Below are positions 1 through 9,214 of a stretch of 64,000 nucleotides of DNA, in pieces. Source of the DNA: a virus (taxonomy: Duplodnaviria; Caudoviricetes); IMG/VR virus record IMGVR_UViG_3300025387_000016, positions 5,544 to 69,543 of that record; one strand, given 5' to 3'. Below the pieces are notes generated by a model. The model ran no database searches, was not told the origin of the DNA, and was given only the letters and a program-made list of their open reading frames with translations. The translations under genes and the position numbers were made by a program. The number at the start of each line of letters is the position of its first letter. Within the stretch, counting starts at the first letter, position 1.

Positions 1-1766
1 GTGATTGCGACACTTCCGGCACTAATAGTTGCTGGGGTATATGACCACGTTGTAGGGGTGGCAAATATGGGCGAGGCATCGCTCGCAAAGTAAATAGGAA
101 CTTGCCCAACGCTATTCACCACTTGACCCGAGGCGGCAGCAATAGTGAGTGTGTTTGCGACACTAAGAGTTGAGCCAGCAGAGACAATAAGGTTTCCGCT
201 AGTTGTGGTTGAGATAGTTGGTGCGTGGGTAAGGCTAGACAACGGGAACGATGCCGAGCCTATCGCAGAAAGAAAATAGAAAGGACCCGTGCCGTTATAG
301 GTAATTGGCGGGTGGGTTGAGTTCGTTCCTAATGAAGCAATATAGAAAACCGAACCAAATCCAAGTGAGTTATTAAACGTTATGGAGCACCCATTTGAGT
401 AGGTAATTGTGTTATTCCCGCTAAGACTCCAAGATGGTGATGTATCCCCCGAAATAATAGGGCCGCTAGTAATAGTTATTGCGGAAGTTCCAAAACTAAG
501 CGTTGAGCCGCTAAAAGAAGCGTTTGGAAGCGAGCAAGCGTAGTTGTTTGTGGTGAACGTTCCATTACAACTCAAAGACCCCGTAAGCGTTCCACCAAGA
601 GATACTCTTCCGCCTGATGAGATAGATAAAGAACCAACACTTACGTTTCCCGATGTAGTGACTTGTGAACCAGAGTGCGAGTCAATAACGACAGAATCAC
701 CAGAAACGGGAAACACATTTGCCACGCCGCCAGAAACGTATGTGTCGGTTGGCGCGACTATAGGGATTACTTGGAACGATGAAGTATCGGCATAGACAAC
801 TTGACTCTGAAGGTTGTAGTCAGACGGGCTAATACTAGATACAAGTGCTGTTTGACCAACGCTAAACGAGTTTGTGGCCGTGTATCCAATTGTTGACGTT
901 ATGGTTGGCGTTCCACCCGACGAGTAGAAGTCAAGAACGCCGCCGTTGTAAGGATTGGAAACCAAAACTGTAAATGATGACGAAGACGCTGCTGTTATGT
1001 ACGCATTACTTACATTGAAGCCACCCGTGTTTAGAGCGCTAAAAACGCCCGTGACGTTTGCCAACTGCCCTACTTGGAAGTTGTTTGGACAGGTATAAGT
1101 CACGGACGGATAGATACTTGCATAACCATCCGTTGCTACAGAAACGGCTGGGGTTGATGTTGTCGCAACAGTAAACGAGTTTGATGTCGTTGATACAACT
1201 GTCCAACTATTGTTAAAGACGTCAGCCGGGGTTGTGTCAAAGCCAGAAGTCTCAACATAATCACCAACAGAAAATACGTTTGGCAACGAGTTCGCCGTAG
1301 TAAACGTAATGTTTAGGCCACTCGCACTCGCTCTACTTAGGCCGCTTGTCTTTGCAAGAAATGCGTATCCACCATAAGCAGTTGAGGGGGTCGCATAAAC
1401 ATTTGAGGACGTAAAACTATTTGAGGTTGTTGAGACAACGACTTGTAATCCGTTATACGAGTTATCAGACATACCCTCAACGAAAATAAATTGCCCCGTG
1501 ACAAATGGGTTGGTTGCCATCTTGTAGGTCGTATTGCCCGAACCATCTGTTGTTGCTGAAGTTATCGCCTGTGACGTAGCGATATAGTTGGATACGGCGT
1601 TGGTGATTGAGCCACCCGTGTTTACCGATGGATTGTTATAGGTTGCGGCGATAATAGTTGCGGTCGGAATTGGCGTTCCATTTGATTGAGTTGCCCAGTT
1701 GTTTTGTGGTGTATTCCAAGACCACGTTTGAGAACCAGAGCCTACGAAGTAGTAACTAGTCGCCAT
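1..1766 (-). CDS. Ser/Thr/Gly-rich virion protein (tail fibre/receptor-binding type), partial, runs off left edge
   Basis: Not in the ORF track because it has no stop in the window. ATG at 1766 overlaps the upstream TAA (TAATG). The frame I read (MATSYYFVGSGSQTWSW...) stays open and has about four repeats of F.VG[QD]...V.G...[YF]N....V...S..SFT, a beta-barrel repeat common in phage tail proteins. Confidence 0.7.
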   Translation of the reverse strand, partial: MATSYYFVGSGSQTWSWNTPQNNWATQSNGTPIPTATIIAATYNNPSVNTGGSITNAVSNYIATSQAITSATTDGSGNTTYKMATNPFVTGQFIFVEGMSDNSYNGLQVVVSTTSNSFTSSNVYATPSTAYGGYAFLAKTSGLSRASASGLNITFTTANSLPNVFSVGDYVETSGFDTTPADVFNNSWTVVSTTSNSFTVATTSTPAVSVATDGYASIYPSVTYTCPNNFQVGQLANVTGVFSALNTGGFNVSNAYITAASSSSFTVLVSNPYNGGVLDFYSSGGTPTITSTIGYTATNSFSVGQTALVSSISPSDYNLQSQVVYADTSSFQVIPIVAPTDTYVSGGVANVFPVSGDSVVIDSHSGSQVTTSGNVSVGSLSISSGGRVSLGGTLTGSLSCNGTFTTNNYACSLPNASFSGSTLSFGTSAITITSGPIISGDTSPSWSLSGNNTITYSNGCSITFNNSLGFGSVFYIASLGTNSTHPPITYNGTGPFYFLSAIGSASFPLSSLTHAPTISTTTSGNLIVSAGSTLSVANTLTIAAASGQVVNSVGQVPIYFASDASPIFATPTTWSYTPATISAGSVAI

Positions 1767-3052
1767 TACACAACACCAATAAGTCGCCAAACACTATCGC
1801 TAGTCCAAGTAAAGGCATAATCGGTTCGACCATTCGCAAACTGAGTTGGAAGCAAGATGCTTGAAGATTGGAATTGGCTACCCCAAGAAATAGTGAGTGG
1901 GATTCCCGAAGTGTTGTAAATAGCGATTCGCGCAATTTTGCCATCGTTTAGCCCGGTGGTGATTCCGGTAGACATTGACGTAATAGCGTTTGTTTGACCT
2001 TTAATCTCAATAAGGTCATAGTTCGCCCACACCATCGTCGTGGGGATTGGTTGGGCGGCGTTGCCCGTAAGGGTATACACCAAAGGAACGTAGGGCGTTG
2101 AGGTAGATGAAGTGTCTGCCCAAAGAACTGTTGTGCTGACTGGGGCGGTTGACTGCTCTACAAATGCCGTGATGTTCTGATAGGTATAGCCGTTCGCACC
2201 AGAGTTCACCACTACGGCTTGCCCAGCACTTCCGTAGTTTGTTAGGCCGCCAAGAGCGAACGTGAGCGTTCCATCTCCGTAAGAAACAGTAAGCGGCCCC
2301 TGACCCACCATTGACGGAATAACCGATACCCAGTTTCCTGCTGAACCCGTGCTTTCTACAAAACCAAGCCAATAGGCGTTAGGTGCAATATAGATTGGCG
2401 TTCCTGCCGTGTATCCGTCAATACTTTGCGACGAGAGGTTTGGATAAACGGTGAGCGAATACGTTGAGTTGTTGTTGCCAATATAGATAAACTGACCATT
2501 AGCAACAATTGGGGGAAGCGTGACGGATTGCCCCGATGCTGATGTGTTGACCTTATTGAACTGCCCCGTGAGTGTTGGGTTTGAGGTTGGGGATACGGCA
2601 TAAAAGTTGTATGCCTGACTCGTCCCGCCATTTGGAAAGAGCGTTGAGATAACTTTTGTGATTGCGGCGAAATCCGTGCCACCAACAAACGGGAAGCAGT
2701 TGAGGTTGCTCGCTGCCCCTACCGAGTGTGCTGAAATCGGCGTTCCATCCCAACCACGACCATTGAGGGTCCCGTCTGTCCAAATCGTGACAACGCCGGT
2801 GCTTGGGTTTACGGCAGAGCAGAGGATATGTTCTTCGGTGGATAATCCAAAGTCCACAACGACATCAAAAACACCACTCGTTCCCAATGGGTTTGTTGTG
2901 ACTTTGCCGTTCGTTCCTACCTCATACCACGTTGAGGCACTCGCAACAATAAAGGTTGTCTCAACGTATGAACTTGAAAGCGTTGTGGTGATATAGGAAG
3001 GACTAGCCGAACCCGGCACAGAACGTTGAGTTGTGACAGAGGGGTAGGCCAT
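1766..3052 (-). CDS. Ser/Thr/Gly/Asn-rich virion structural protein (tail-associated)
   Basis: 428 aa, beta-rich composition, translationally coupled to the downstream fibre-like gene and preceded by a late-type promoter element. Function inferred from composition and context only. Confidence 0.55.
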   Translation of the reverse strand: MAYPSVTTQRSVPGSASPSYITTTLSSSYVETTFIVASASTWYEVGTNGKVTTNPLGTSGVFDVVVDFGLSTEEHILCSAVNPSTGVVTIWTDGTLNGRGWDGTPISAHSVGAASNLNCFPFVGGTDFAAITKVISTLFPNGGTSQAYNFYAVSPTSNPTLTGQFNKVNTSASGQSVTLPPIVANGQFIYIGNNNSTYSLTVYPNLSSQSIDGYTAGTPIYIAPNAYWLGFVESTGSAGNWVSVIPSMVGQGPLTVSYGDGTLTFALGGLTNYGSAGQAVVVNSGANGYTYQNITAFVEQSTAPVSTTVLWADTSSTSTPYVPLVYTLTGNAAQPIPTTMVWANYDLIEIKGQTNAITSMSTGITTGLNDGKIARIAIYNTSGIPLTISWGSQFQSSSILLPTQFANGRTDYAFTWTSDSVWRLIGVV

Positions 3053-3090
3053 AGCGTTATTCTACGCTTAGTTTGGAAATACTTAGGTGG

Positions 3091-3561
3091 CTACCAGCCG
3101 TAGCGCGTTTGCAAACTATCGGGTTTTGGCGCGCGGTCAACAATCAGCAAGCCGTTGAGATGGTCAATCTCGTGTTGGAAGATTCGGGCAATTCCACCAC
3201 TCGCCTCAATCTGTATGTTGTTGCCCTCAAGGTCAAACCCCGAAAGAACACAATCCGTGCTTCGCTCAATATGGCAAATACGATTTGGAACTGACAAGCA
3301 CCCCTCTGGGTGCGACTCTATTTCAGCACCGAGCTCCAAAGTCGGGTTGATAATAACTTCGTAGAAGCCCGACTCATCTGCGTCGTACACAAACACACTC
3401 TTGGTAATGCCGATTTGGTTTGCCGTTATTGCTACCCCGCCGTGCCGATACATAACTTCGGCCATATCTTGAGCGAGTAGAGCAATCTTCCCGTCTATTT
3501 CGGTGACGTTCCTTACCGGCAGGGCAAGAACGGCATCAGGGAATAGTCGTAGGCCGAGCAT
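3091..3561 (-). CDS. def: Peptide deformylase
   Basis: All three PDF motifs are present: GGVAITANQIG, EGCLS and QHEIDHLNG. Confidence 0.93.
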   Translation of the reverse strand: MLGLRLFPDAVLALPVRNVTEIDGKIALLAQDMAEVMYRHGGVAITANQIGITKSVFVYDADESGFYEVIINPTLELGAEIESHPEGCLSVPNRICHIERSTDCVLSGFDLEGNNIQIEASGGIARIFQHEIDHLNGLLIVDRAPKPDSLQTRYGW

Positions 3562-3562
3562 T

Positions 3563-3730
3563 TCAGCATTTACAGTTGCAGTTGCCGCCGCACTTCTTGA
3601 TTCCTAGTGTCTCGCTAGTGTCAAGCGTGGTTTCTATATTGGAAACGTCGCCCGATACGGAAACTAGACGTGGAACTTTCCCAGTAGTACTTGGGTGAAG
3701 TGCGATACTTTCGTTGAGGTTTGGGTCCAT
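3563..3730 (-). CDS. 55-aa protein with Cys-rich C-terminus
   Basis: Read manually: MDPNLNESIALHPS...LGIKKCGGNCNCKC*. It fills the gap between two genes, and its stop is 1 nt before the def start. Confidence 0.5.
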   Translation of the reverse strand: MDPNLNESIALHPSTTGKVPRLVSVSGDVSNIETTLDTSETLGIKKCGGNCNCKC

Positions 3731-3745
3731 ACCGACACATTACCC

Positions 3746-4162
3746 CTATTCGTCGCCCAAGTGCATTACATCGTGCTCGAGAATCTCCAAATCAGTCTCG
3801 ATACGTTCAGCAAGACCAGAGTTTCGCTCGACCATATCCTTTATATCCAAAACAAGATTCTTGAGTTCCTCAAACTGAGCCATCTCCATAGCCAAAATCT
3901 TGCGGATAACTTCAGCATCGGCGGCGGTTTGCTTAAACATAGCGATACCGACTACCGACTCAATAAACAAAGCCATATAGGAAGCCCAAACGTTCCACCA
4001 CGAAAGAATCGTAAAATCGTGAACCCCCCAAATAACGCAAATAACGGTAATCGTTGTGATTCCAATAAGGAAAGACCAACGGCGAATCGCGCGCTGAATA
4101 CCCCAAGAAATCGCTTCGCCAACCGAAATAGGTTCTTTGGTTACGGGGTGGAAGTAAGGCAC
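3746..4162 (-). CDS. Membrane protein with two TM helices plus coiled coil (DUF1003-like)
   Basis: Hydrophobic segments WSFLIGITTITVICVIW and WASYMALFIESVVGIAM followed by a heptad-rich tail. Confidence 0.55.
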   Translation of the reverse strand: MPYFHPVTKEPISVGEAISWGIQRAIRRWSFLIGITTITVICVIWGVHDFTILSWWNVWASYMALFIESVVGIAMFKQTAADAEVIRKILAMEMAQFEELKNLVLDIKDMVERNSGLAERIETDLEILEHDVMHLGDE

Positions 4163-4213
4163 GATAGTAGTCCTTTGGGGGTTGGGTGACTACCAAACTT
4201 TACAATAGGTTCT

Positions 4214-4558
4214 TTATTTCAGCATCTCGGCGCGCGTGATGATGTTGATGCCGATTAGTTCCTCAAGATTCTGTGGGCGATGGCGATAGTAGCCCATAAT
4301 CTTCTTGCCGATAGTGGTGGCAAAGAGAACTTCGGCCTTTGTTCCGTTTGAGCCAGCCCAACCGGGCAAAAGGATTACGCCGTCGCAGTCGAAGAGTTGG
4401 CGATACGCACTTTCGGCGGTTATTTCGTTTCCAGACTCAAGGATTTCAGCAGGGCAGAAGATTTCGTAGGTGCGACGTAGTGTAGAAAGTGCTTCCTCAA
4501 ATGAGGGATAGTTGTTGTGGGGTACGCCCGTTCGTGGTCCAGCGAGATAATACGGCAT
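4214..4558 (-). CDS. DUF4406 / nucleoside 2-deoxyribosyltransferase-like protein
   Basis: YYLAGPRTG...N.P.F...CDGVILLPGW..SNGTKAE signature. Confidence 0.75.
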   Translation of the reverse strand: MPYYLAGPRTGVPHNNYPSFEEALSTLRRTYEIFCPAEILESGNEITAESAYRQLFDCDGVILLPGWAGSNGTKAEVLFATTIGKKIMGYYRHRPQNLEELIGINIITRAEMLK

Positions 4559-5835
4559 TAGATAATCAGCAAGTCTCCCCAGCCACGCTTGCCGTAGGCC
4601 GAGCCAGCACCAAAAGTCAACATACCGGCAGGGGAGCTCTTGCCCGTTTGGTCAACGAACCACTTTGAGCCACCATCTTGAGCGGGGCATTGGAAGCAGG
4701 TGCGACCAGAGCCTTCGGACGCAATGTAGTGGTGAAAGTGACCGCTAACCACAATATCTGCTTCAGAAGCCTTTGTGCGCCCCCTAATCTGCCCCAGAAT
4801 CCACGTTTCTATCTTGGCAATAGTTCCGCCCCCATTACCCTTGCCGAACTGATGTCCGTGCGCCAAGGTGATGATAACGCCACATACGTTTAGGGTCATA
4901 GTGAGGTCTTCCTCAATCAAACCCTCAAACTGCGGGAACGAGACATTTCCAAATCTCGCCGGGTTTGCGGCACAGATTTCAGCAACGCCCTCAAACACGG
5001 ACAAGTCCATATTGTCGGTCCACGTTGTATAGGCCTTGCCGTTGAGTCGGTTTTCGCCGTGATTACCGGGAACGGCCACCACAACGAGTGGGATTTCGGG
5101 GAAGTTTTCTACGCAGAGTTCGACGTAGCGAAAAATAAGGCGACGAGCGACTTTCTGCTGTTCTCGTGAATCCAAATCAACGGAAAACGTCTGCATCGCA
5201 TAGTGATTCGAGCAGTTTTCAACTAAATCGCCCATTCCGCAGCAATAAATGACCGATGGGCCACGACCAATCTTGATGAGTTCCTTGATTCGCTCGATAG
5301 AGGCATCTTGAGAAGCCATAATGCGAGCGATAGTTGCTTCGGTTCCGCCGCCTTCTGATTTGCCTAGTTGCCAATCAGCAAAAAACGCCATAAACGCACG
5401 TTCTTCGATAGAGACTTCTCGCTTGGCTGTCTTTGCGGGCTTCTTCATTATCTCTTTACAGAGAGCCTCGATATCTGCCCTATCGCCCTTTTCGGCGCGT
5501 CGGCGGATTTGCGCTCGGTAGTAGCGCATCTTGGCGATTTCACCACCGCCGATATTGGAGTCCCACGCTCGGATATGGACAGAGCCGTCAATAATTTCGG
5601 TGAGGTTTGGGTCAAGACCCCAATCCTGAATCACCATATCCCAAAGGGCTTGGTCGGGTTCTGCGTCGGTAGCGGGGCTGTCTATGTAGCCCTTTTCGCC
5701 GTCCCAACGAATCTCTCGCTCGTATCCCTTGGCAATAGAATCTCTCCGCACTTGGGCGCGCTTCTCTGCTTCGATTTCAGCACTCTCAAAGGTCATTATA
5801 CGAATCCTTGTATTTGGTTTTCGCAGGGCAACCAC
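4558..5835 (-). CDS. Calcineurin-like metallophosphoesterase (actinophage type)
   Basis: Motifs ADWQLG, GDLVE, GNHGE, HGHQ and GHFHH in the canonical order. Confidence 0.85.
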   Translation of the reverse strand: MVALRKPNTRIRIMTFESAEIEAEKRAQVRRDSIAKGYEREIRWDGEKGYIDSPATDAEPDQALWDMVIQDWGLDPNLTEIIDGSVHIRAWDSNIGGGEIAKMRYYRAQIRRRAEKGDRADIEALCKEIMKKPAKTAKREVSIEERAFMAFFADWQLGKSEGGGTEATIARIMASQDASIERIKELIKIGRGPSVIYCCGMGDLVENCSNHYAMQTFSVDLDSREQQKVARRLIFRYVELCVENFPEIPLVVVAVPGNHGENRLNGKAYTTWTDNMDLSVFEGVAEICAANPARFGNVSFPQFEGLIEEDLTMTLNVCGVIITLAHGHQFGKGNGGGTIAKIETWILGQIRGRTKASEADIVVSGHFHHYIASEGSGRTCFQCPAQDGGSKWFVDQTGKSSPAGMLTFGAGSAYGKRGWGDLLII

Positions 5836-6040
5836 AGCCGTCTTTGAGGTGGCGTGAGAGTGTCTTGTCGTTTAGCCGCTTGCCGTCACTTGAGGCAACA
5901 CGAGCAATCCAGCCAATAGGCTTCTTGTCGTCAAGCCAGCGAGAAAGAGTCGCTTGGTCGTCTTTGTCGAGTAAGTCGAAGAACTCAATAAACCGACAAG
6001 TTCGTTCCGACGCTCGCTTTTCAGCATCCGCTAGTGACAT
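5786..6040 (-). CDS. Small hypothetical protein (possible HTH) preceding the metallophosphoesterase
   Basis: 84 aa with C...LSRH...C.C pattern, in operon position. Confidence 0.5.
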   Translation of the reverse strand: MSLADAEKRASERTCRFIEFFDLLDKDDQATLSRWLDDKKPIGWIARVASSDGKRLNDKTLSRHLKDGCGCPAKTKYKDSYNDL

Positions 6041-6079
6041 AATCCAAACTGTATCATCAGTTTGGAACGAAATCTGTCT

Positions 6080-6460
6080 CTACTTTTGGGGAGACTTTTT
6101 GACTGTCTTTTTGACGGGCTTATTGGCGACTTTTTTGGCGACGGGCTTTGTTGCTTTCTTCGCCGGGGTTGTCTTGCGAACCGCCTTTACTTTCGCAACG
6201 ATTTCAGCATCGGTAGGCGCAATTTTCTCAACGAACGCATCGGCAACCTCGTTCTTCGCATCACGCTCTTCTTGTGCGACCAACTCGGCGTAGTGAGCAA
6301 CCAACTTCGGCTCTAATGGCTCTACCCACCCACGAGCCTCGACGTAAATCTTGCCTTGCCACGTCCAGTCGTCAGATGAAACAAGTTCACCACGTTCGTA
6401 TGTGTTGCCATTTATAGGAAAACCACGAAGAACTCGATGTGTGTATCTCTTAGAAGTCAT
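6080..6460 (-). CDS. Hypothetical protein with Lys/Ala/Pro-rich histone-H1-like tail
   Basis: C-terminus VRKTTPAKKATKPVAKKVANKPVKKTVKKSPQK. Confidence 0.6.
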   Translation of the reverse strand: MTSKRYTHRVLRGFPINGNTYERGELVSSDDWTWQGKIYVEARGWVEPLEPKLVAHYAELVAQEERDAKNEVADAFVEKIAPTDAEIVAKVKAVRKTTPAKKATKPVAKKVANKPVKKTVKKSPQK

Positions 6461-6481
6461 AGGGTCACAATATCACCACAC

Positions 6482-6522
6482 AAAGCAAAAACCCCCCACC
6501 CGTGAGGGCAGGGGGCTTTCGC
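6482..6522 (-). terminator. Intrinsic terminator after the major capsid gene
   Basis: Minus strand reads GCCCCCTGCCC-TCAC-GGGTGGGGGG followed by TTTTT, about 15 nt after the MCP stop. Confidence 0.8.
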
Positions 6523-6537
6523 AGTGAACTACTGGGC

Positions 6538-7539
6538 TTAGATAATCGAAGACCAGAAGTAGCCGAGGTCGGCAGCAACAACCTTGTTGTCGAAGGCGAT
6601 TTCACCCTCAACACGGTCGGCCTTGAGCTCTTCCATACGGAAGCGCGAGACACCGACAGTCGTTCCAAGACCACCCGAAACACCAGTCCACATAAAGGTA
6701 TAGCCAGCCGAGGGGGTCAGCAAACCGGGGTTAGGTGCGGAGTAGCACAGAAGAGCCGAGTTACCAGCAACGAACGCAAAGTTGTCGTTCGTTGGGCTGT
6801 TCGAGCCTTCGTTGGCGTTGTTGACAACGGCCTTGGCGACAAGCACACGGTCCACGCCGAACAGTTGTGCGAGCAACTCTTCAGTTACAATCGCACCGGC
6901 TTGGGTGTACTTGTAGCGGTCAATCAGCAGAGGGTGGTTCTTCAAGGTTTGGAAAACCTTGTAGCCCAAGACGAAAGTGTTGGGCTCGTAACCAGTGTTC
7001 TGCAGAATTGAAGCCTTGGCGATGTCCACCTGTGCGATGGGGTCCGAGGTGTAAGACGTTGGGTTGTTCACATAGTCAGACCAAACCGTACCTGCCTGAG
7101 CAGTGGTGGTCGTACCAATGACGGTCGTTGACCAAACACCTGTGGCGAAGAAGTCGTTAGTCCATTGGACTTCCTTACGGAGAAGCAGACGTTGCGTAAC
7201 GAACTGCGTAGCCTCCATATCGGGGTTCAATGGGTTGTCGGCGTTCGCACGGGTCTGGTCGCCAATGTCCTTGTGGAAGGCGTAAACGTCGGTCGAGTAC
7301 GTTTCGGTCTGCAAGCCGTAGCCTGAACCAGCCGAAGCAGTACCGTCAGCACGACGCTGAGCCTCGTCACGGAACCAGTCTTCCTTGGTGTAGCGGAAGT
7401 AAAGGTCGGACTTCTTGTCCACCGGCACGACAGGGAAAACCCGGTCAGCGATGAAGTTGTTGGTGTTCTGCAAGTAAGCAACCGAGATGTTGGTCAAGAT
7501 TGCGTCAATGTGAACGTTGTTTACGTTGGGCTGTGGCAT
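6538..7539 (-). CDS. Major capsid protein (HK97 fold, phage capsid E-like)
   Basis: 333 aa. HIDAILTNISVAY..N..FIADRVFP.VPV.K pattern, position after scaffold and decoration genes, strongly biased codons, followed by a terminator. No N-terminal delta domain. Confidence 0.88.
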   Translation of the reverse strand: MPQPNVNNVHIDAILTNISVAYLQNTNNFIADRVFPVVPVDKKSDLYFRYTKEDWFRDEAQRRADGTASAGSGYGLQTETYSTDVYAFHKDIGDQTRANADNPLNPDMEATQFVTQRLLLRKEVQWTNDFFATGVWSTTVIGTTTTAQAGTVWSDYVNNPTSYTSDPIAQVDIAKASILQNTGYEPNTFVLGYKVFQTLKNHPLLIDRYKYTQAGAIVTEELLAQLFGVDRVLVAKAVVNNANEGSNSPTNDNFAFVAGNSALLCYSAPNPGLLTPSAGYTFMWTGVSGGLGTTVGVSRFRMEELKADRVEGEIAFDNKVVAADLGYFWSSII

Positions 7540-7559
7540 AGTTCCTCAGTCCTTTCTAA

Positions 7560-8321
7560 CTAAGCCGCACGGCCTGCGTTGTGGCAGGCGATAGCGGCAG
7601 TGATGTAGTCACCAGCGGCGGCGGAGCTCGAAAGAGCAGTACCAACAACGAAGTCGGTGGTGTCCGCAGGTGCGGTGTTCACCGAACCACCAGAGGTGTA
7701 AGTGATGGTGCTAGCAGCAGGGTTAGCAATCGTGAAGGTGTAAGAACCTGACGAACCACCAACGGCGGTAATCAGACCCTCAACGTTCAGCGAGCCGGAA
7801 CCCGAGCCAGCGGCAACAATGCCCGTGACGATGGCAGTCTGACCAACCGTGAAAGCGGTGGTCGAGCTCGTGGTGTAAACCACCTGCGTACCACTAGCAA
7901 CGGCGTTGGTGATGGTTGCGGTCTGGGTGGTTCCACCGATACCGAACTTCACCGAAACGGCCTGACCCGAAGCGTTAACCGTAATGGCATCGCCCACGCT
8001 TACAAGACCACCGGCAATAACCTTGGTGATACCCGAAATCGTGACTTCAGCCTCGTCAACACCCTCAACAACGCCAAGAGCGTTGTAGCGAACCTTAGGC
8101 GCGTTCTGAACAACACCCAGAGGGCGAGTCGAAGCGGCCGAAACGACACCAACGAGAGGTACGTTCTGGTTCGAGCCGGGGTTAGCGGTACCAGTCAGGT
8201 AAACGAACGAGAACTGCGTCATAGGCGCAGAAGAGTTCGTGTTGGTCAACTGACCACCCATCGTCGAAACGTCAGGTGAGCAAGTCAACTTGAGTGAGTA
8301 TGGATTTTGTTCCCAAGCCAT
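7560..8321 (-). CDS. Head decoration/cement protein (DUF2190-like) with inserted beta-domain
   Basis: PLGVVQNAP...AEVTISGITKVIAGGLVSVGDAITVNASGQAV...VVGTALSSSAAAGDYI, interrupted by a roughly 90-aa S/T/G-rich insert. Confidence 0.75.
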   Translation of the reverse strand: MAWEQNPYSLKLTCSPDVSTMGGQLTNTNSSAPMTQFSFVYLTGTANPGSNQNVPLVGVVSAASTRPLGVVQNAPKVRYNALGVVEGVDEAEVTISGITKVIAGGLVSVGDAITVNASGQAVSVKFGIGGTTQTATITNAVASGTQVVYTTSSTTAFTVGQTAIVTGIVAAGSGSGSLNVEGLITAVGGSSGSYTFTIANPAASTITYTSGGSVNTAPADTTDFVVGTALSSSAAAGDYITAAIACHNAGRAA

Positions 8322-9103
8322 TAGCGACCAGCCTTTTCATTGAGGTAAGAGGTGTAGAGGTCAGGGTTCGTCTGAGCAACCGACAACAGCGCGGCCTCGA
8401 ACGATGGGGCAACGCCAGAGGCAACAGCGGCCTTAGCGAGATTTTCCATCTTTGAGTAAGCGTCGTCAGCGGCAGGTGCTTCGCTTGAACCGACTTCCTT
8501 GAAGATTACGTTGGACTCAAGCAGGGCGTTAGCCGAGTCAAGTGCCTTTACGACCTCGTTAGCGAGGGTCGTGTCAGTCTCGGCAAGGCGACGAAGCGCG
8601 GGTCCGAGGATAGTTGGGTCCGAGTTGAGGTGCGACCACTCGGCAGCCTTGATAACCGCAGCCTCATCAGCACGAGCCTCACGCTCGGCAATAAGGGCAC
8701 GCTCACTAGCAGCAGCCTTGTAAAGAGCCTCTTCGGCAGCGGCCTTGCTGTCATCAAGCATCTTCTTGATAACGGCAGGCATAGCCTTGATAATCTCTTC
8801 TTCGCTCGCAACTTCGGGGATAACGACGACTTCAGCCGCCTTGAGTGTTTCACTCATTGTTTCCTCCTGTGGAGTTGTAATTTCAGCAGGGGCGATTGCC
8901 TCTACTGGTACGGCAACCTTGGTGGATTTTTCCACTTCGGCGGTGTGTCCATCGGCAAGAGCCTCCGGGCGCAGTTCGTCAAGAACGGCGGTCACATCGG
9001 ATTGAGAGGCTGATTTCATAACGGCCCAACCATCGTGGAGGTGCGCCGGACGGTCAACGCCCGACGTTTCCTTGATTGAGAGTCGCACTAGTTTGCGAGC
9101 CAC
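8321..9103 (-). CDS. Scaffolding protein
   Basis: N-terminal L..LSIKETSGVDRPAH...MK pattern seen in XkdF-associated scaffolds, Ala/Glu-rich coiled coil, upstream of MCP. Confidence 0.75.
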   Translation of the reverse strand: MARKLVRLSIKETSGVDRPAHLHDGWAVMKSASQSDVTAVLDELRPEALADGHTAEVEKSTKVAVPVEAIAPAEITTPQEETMSETLKAAEVVVIPEVASEEEIIKAMPAVIKKMLDDSKAAAEEALYKAAASERALIAEREARADEAAVIKAAEWSHLNSDPTILGPALRRLAETDTTLANEVVKALDSANALLESNVIFKEVGSSEAPAADDAYSKMENLAKAAVASGVAPSFEAALLSVAQTNPDLYTSYLNEKAGR

Positions 9104-9136
9104 ATTTTCTCCTAAGAACTTTCACTATCGGAATAC

Positions 9137-9184
9137 CAATAGTCTTGACAACTGAAATCATAGAAGCGATTTCCAAACTGTCAA
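9137..9184 (-). promoter_or_regulatory. Promoter for the scaffold-decoration-capsid operon
   Basis: Minus strand TTGACA-gtttggaaatcgcttc(16)-TATGAT at 9157-9184, containing the TTTGGAAA element. Confidence 0.6.
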
Positions 9185-9214
9185 TAGTTGAACTCTTGGA
9201 GTGAGTGATTTCCT

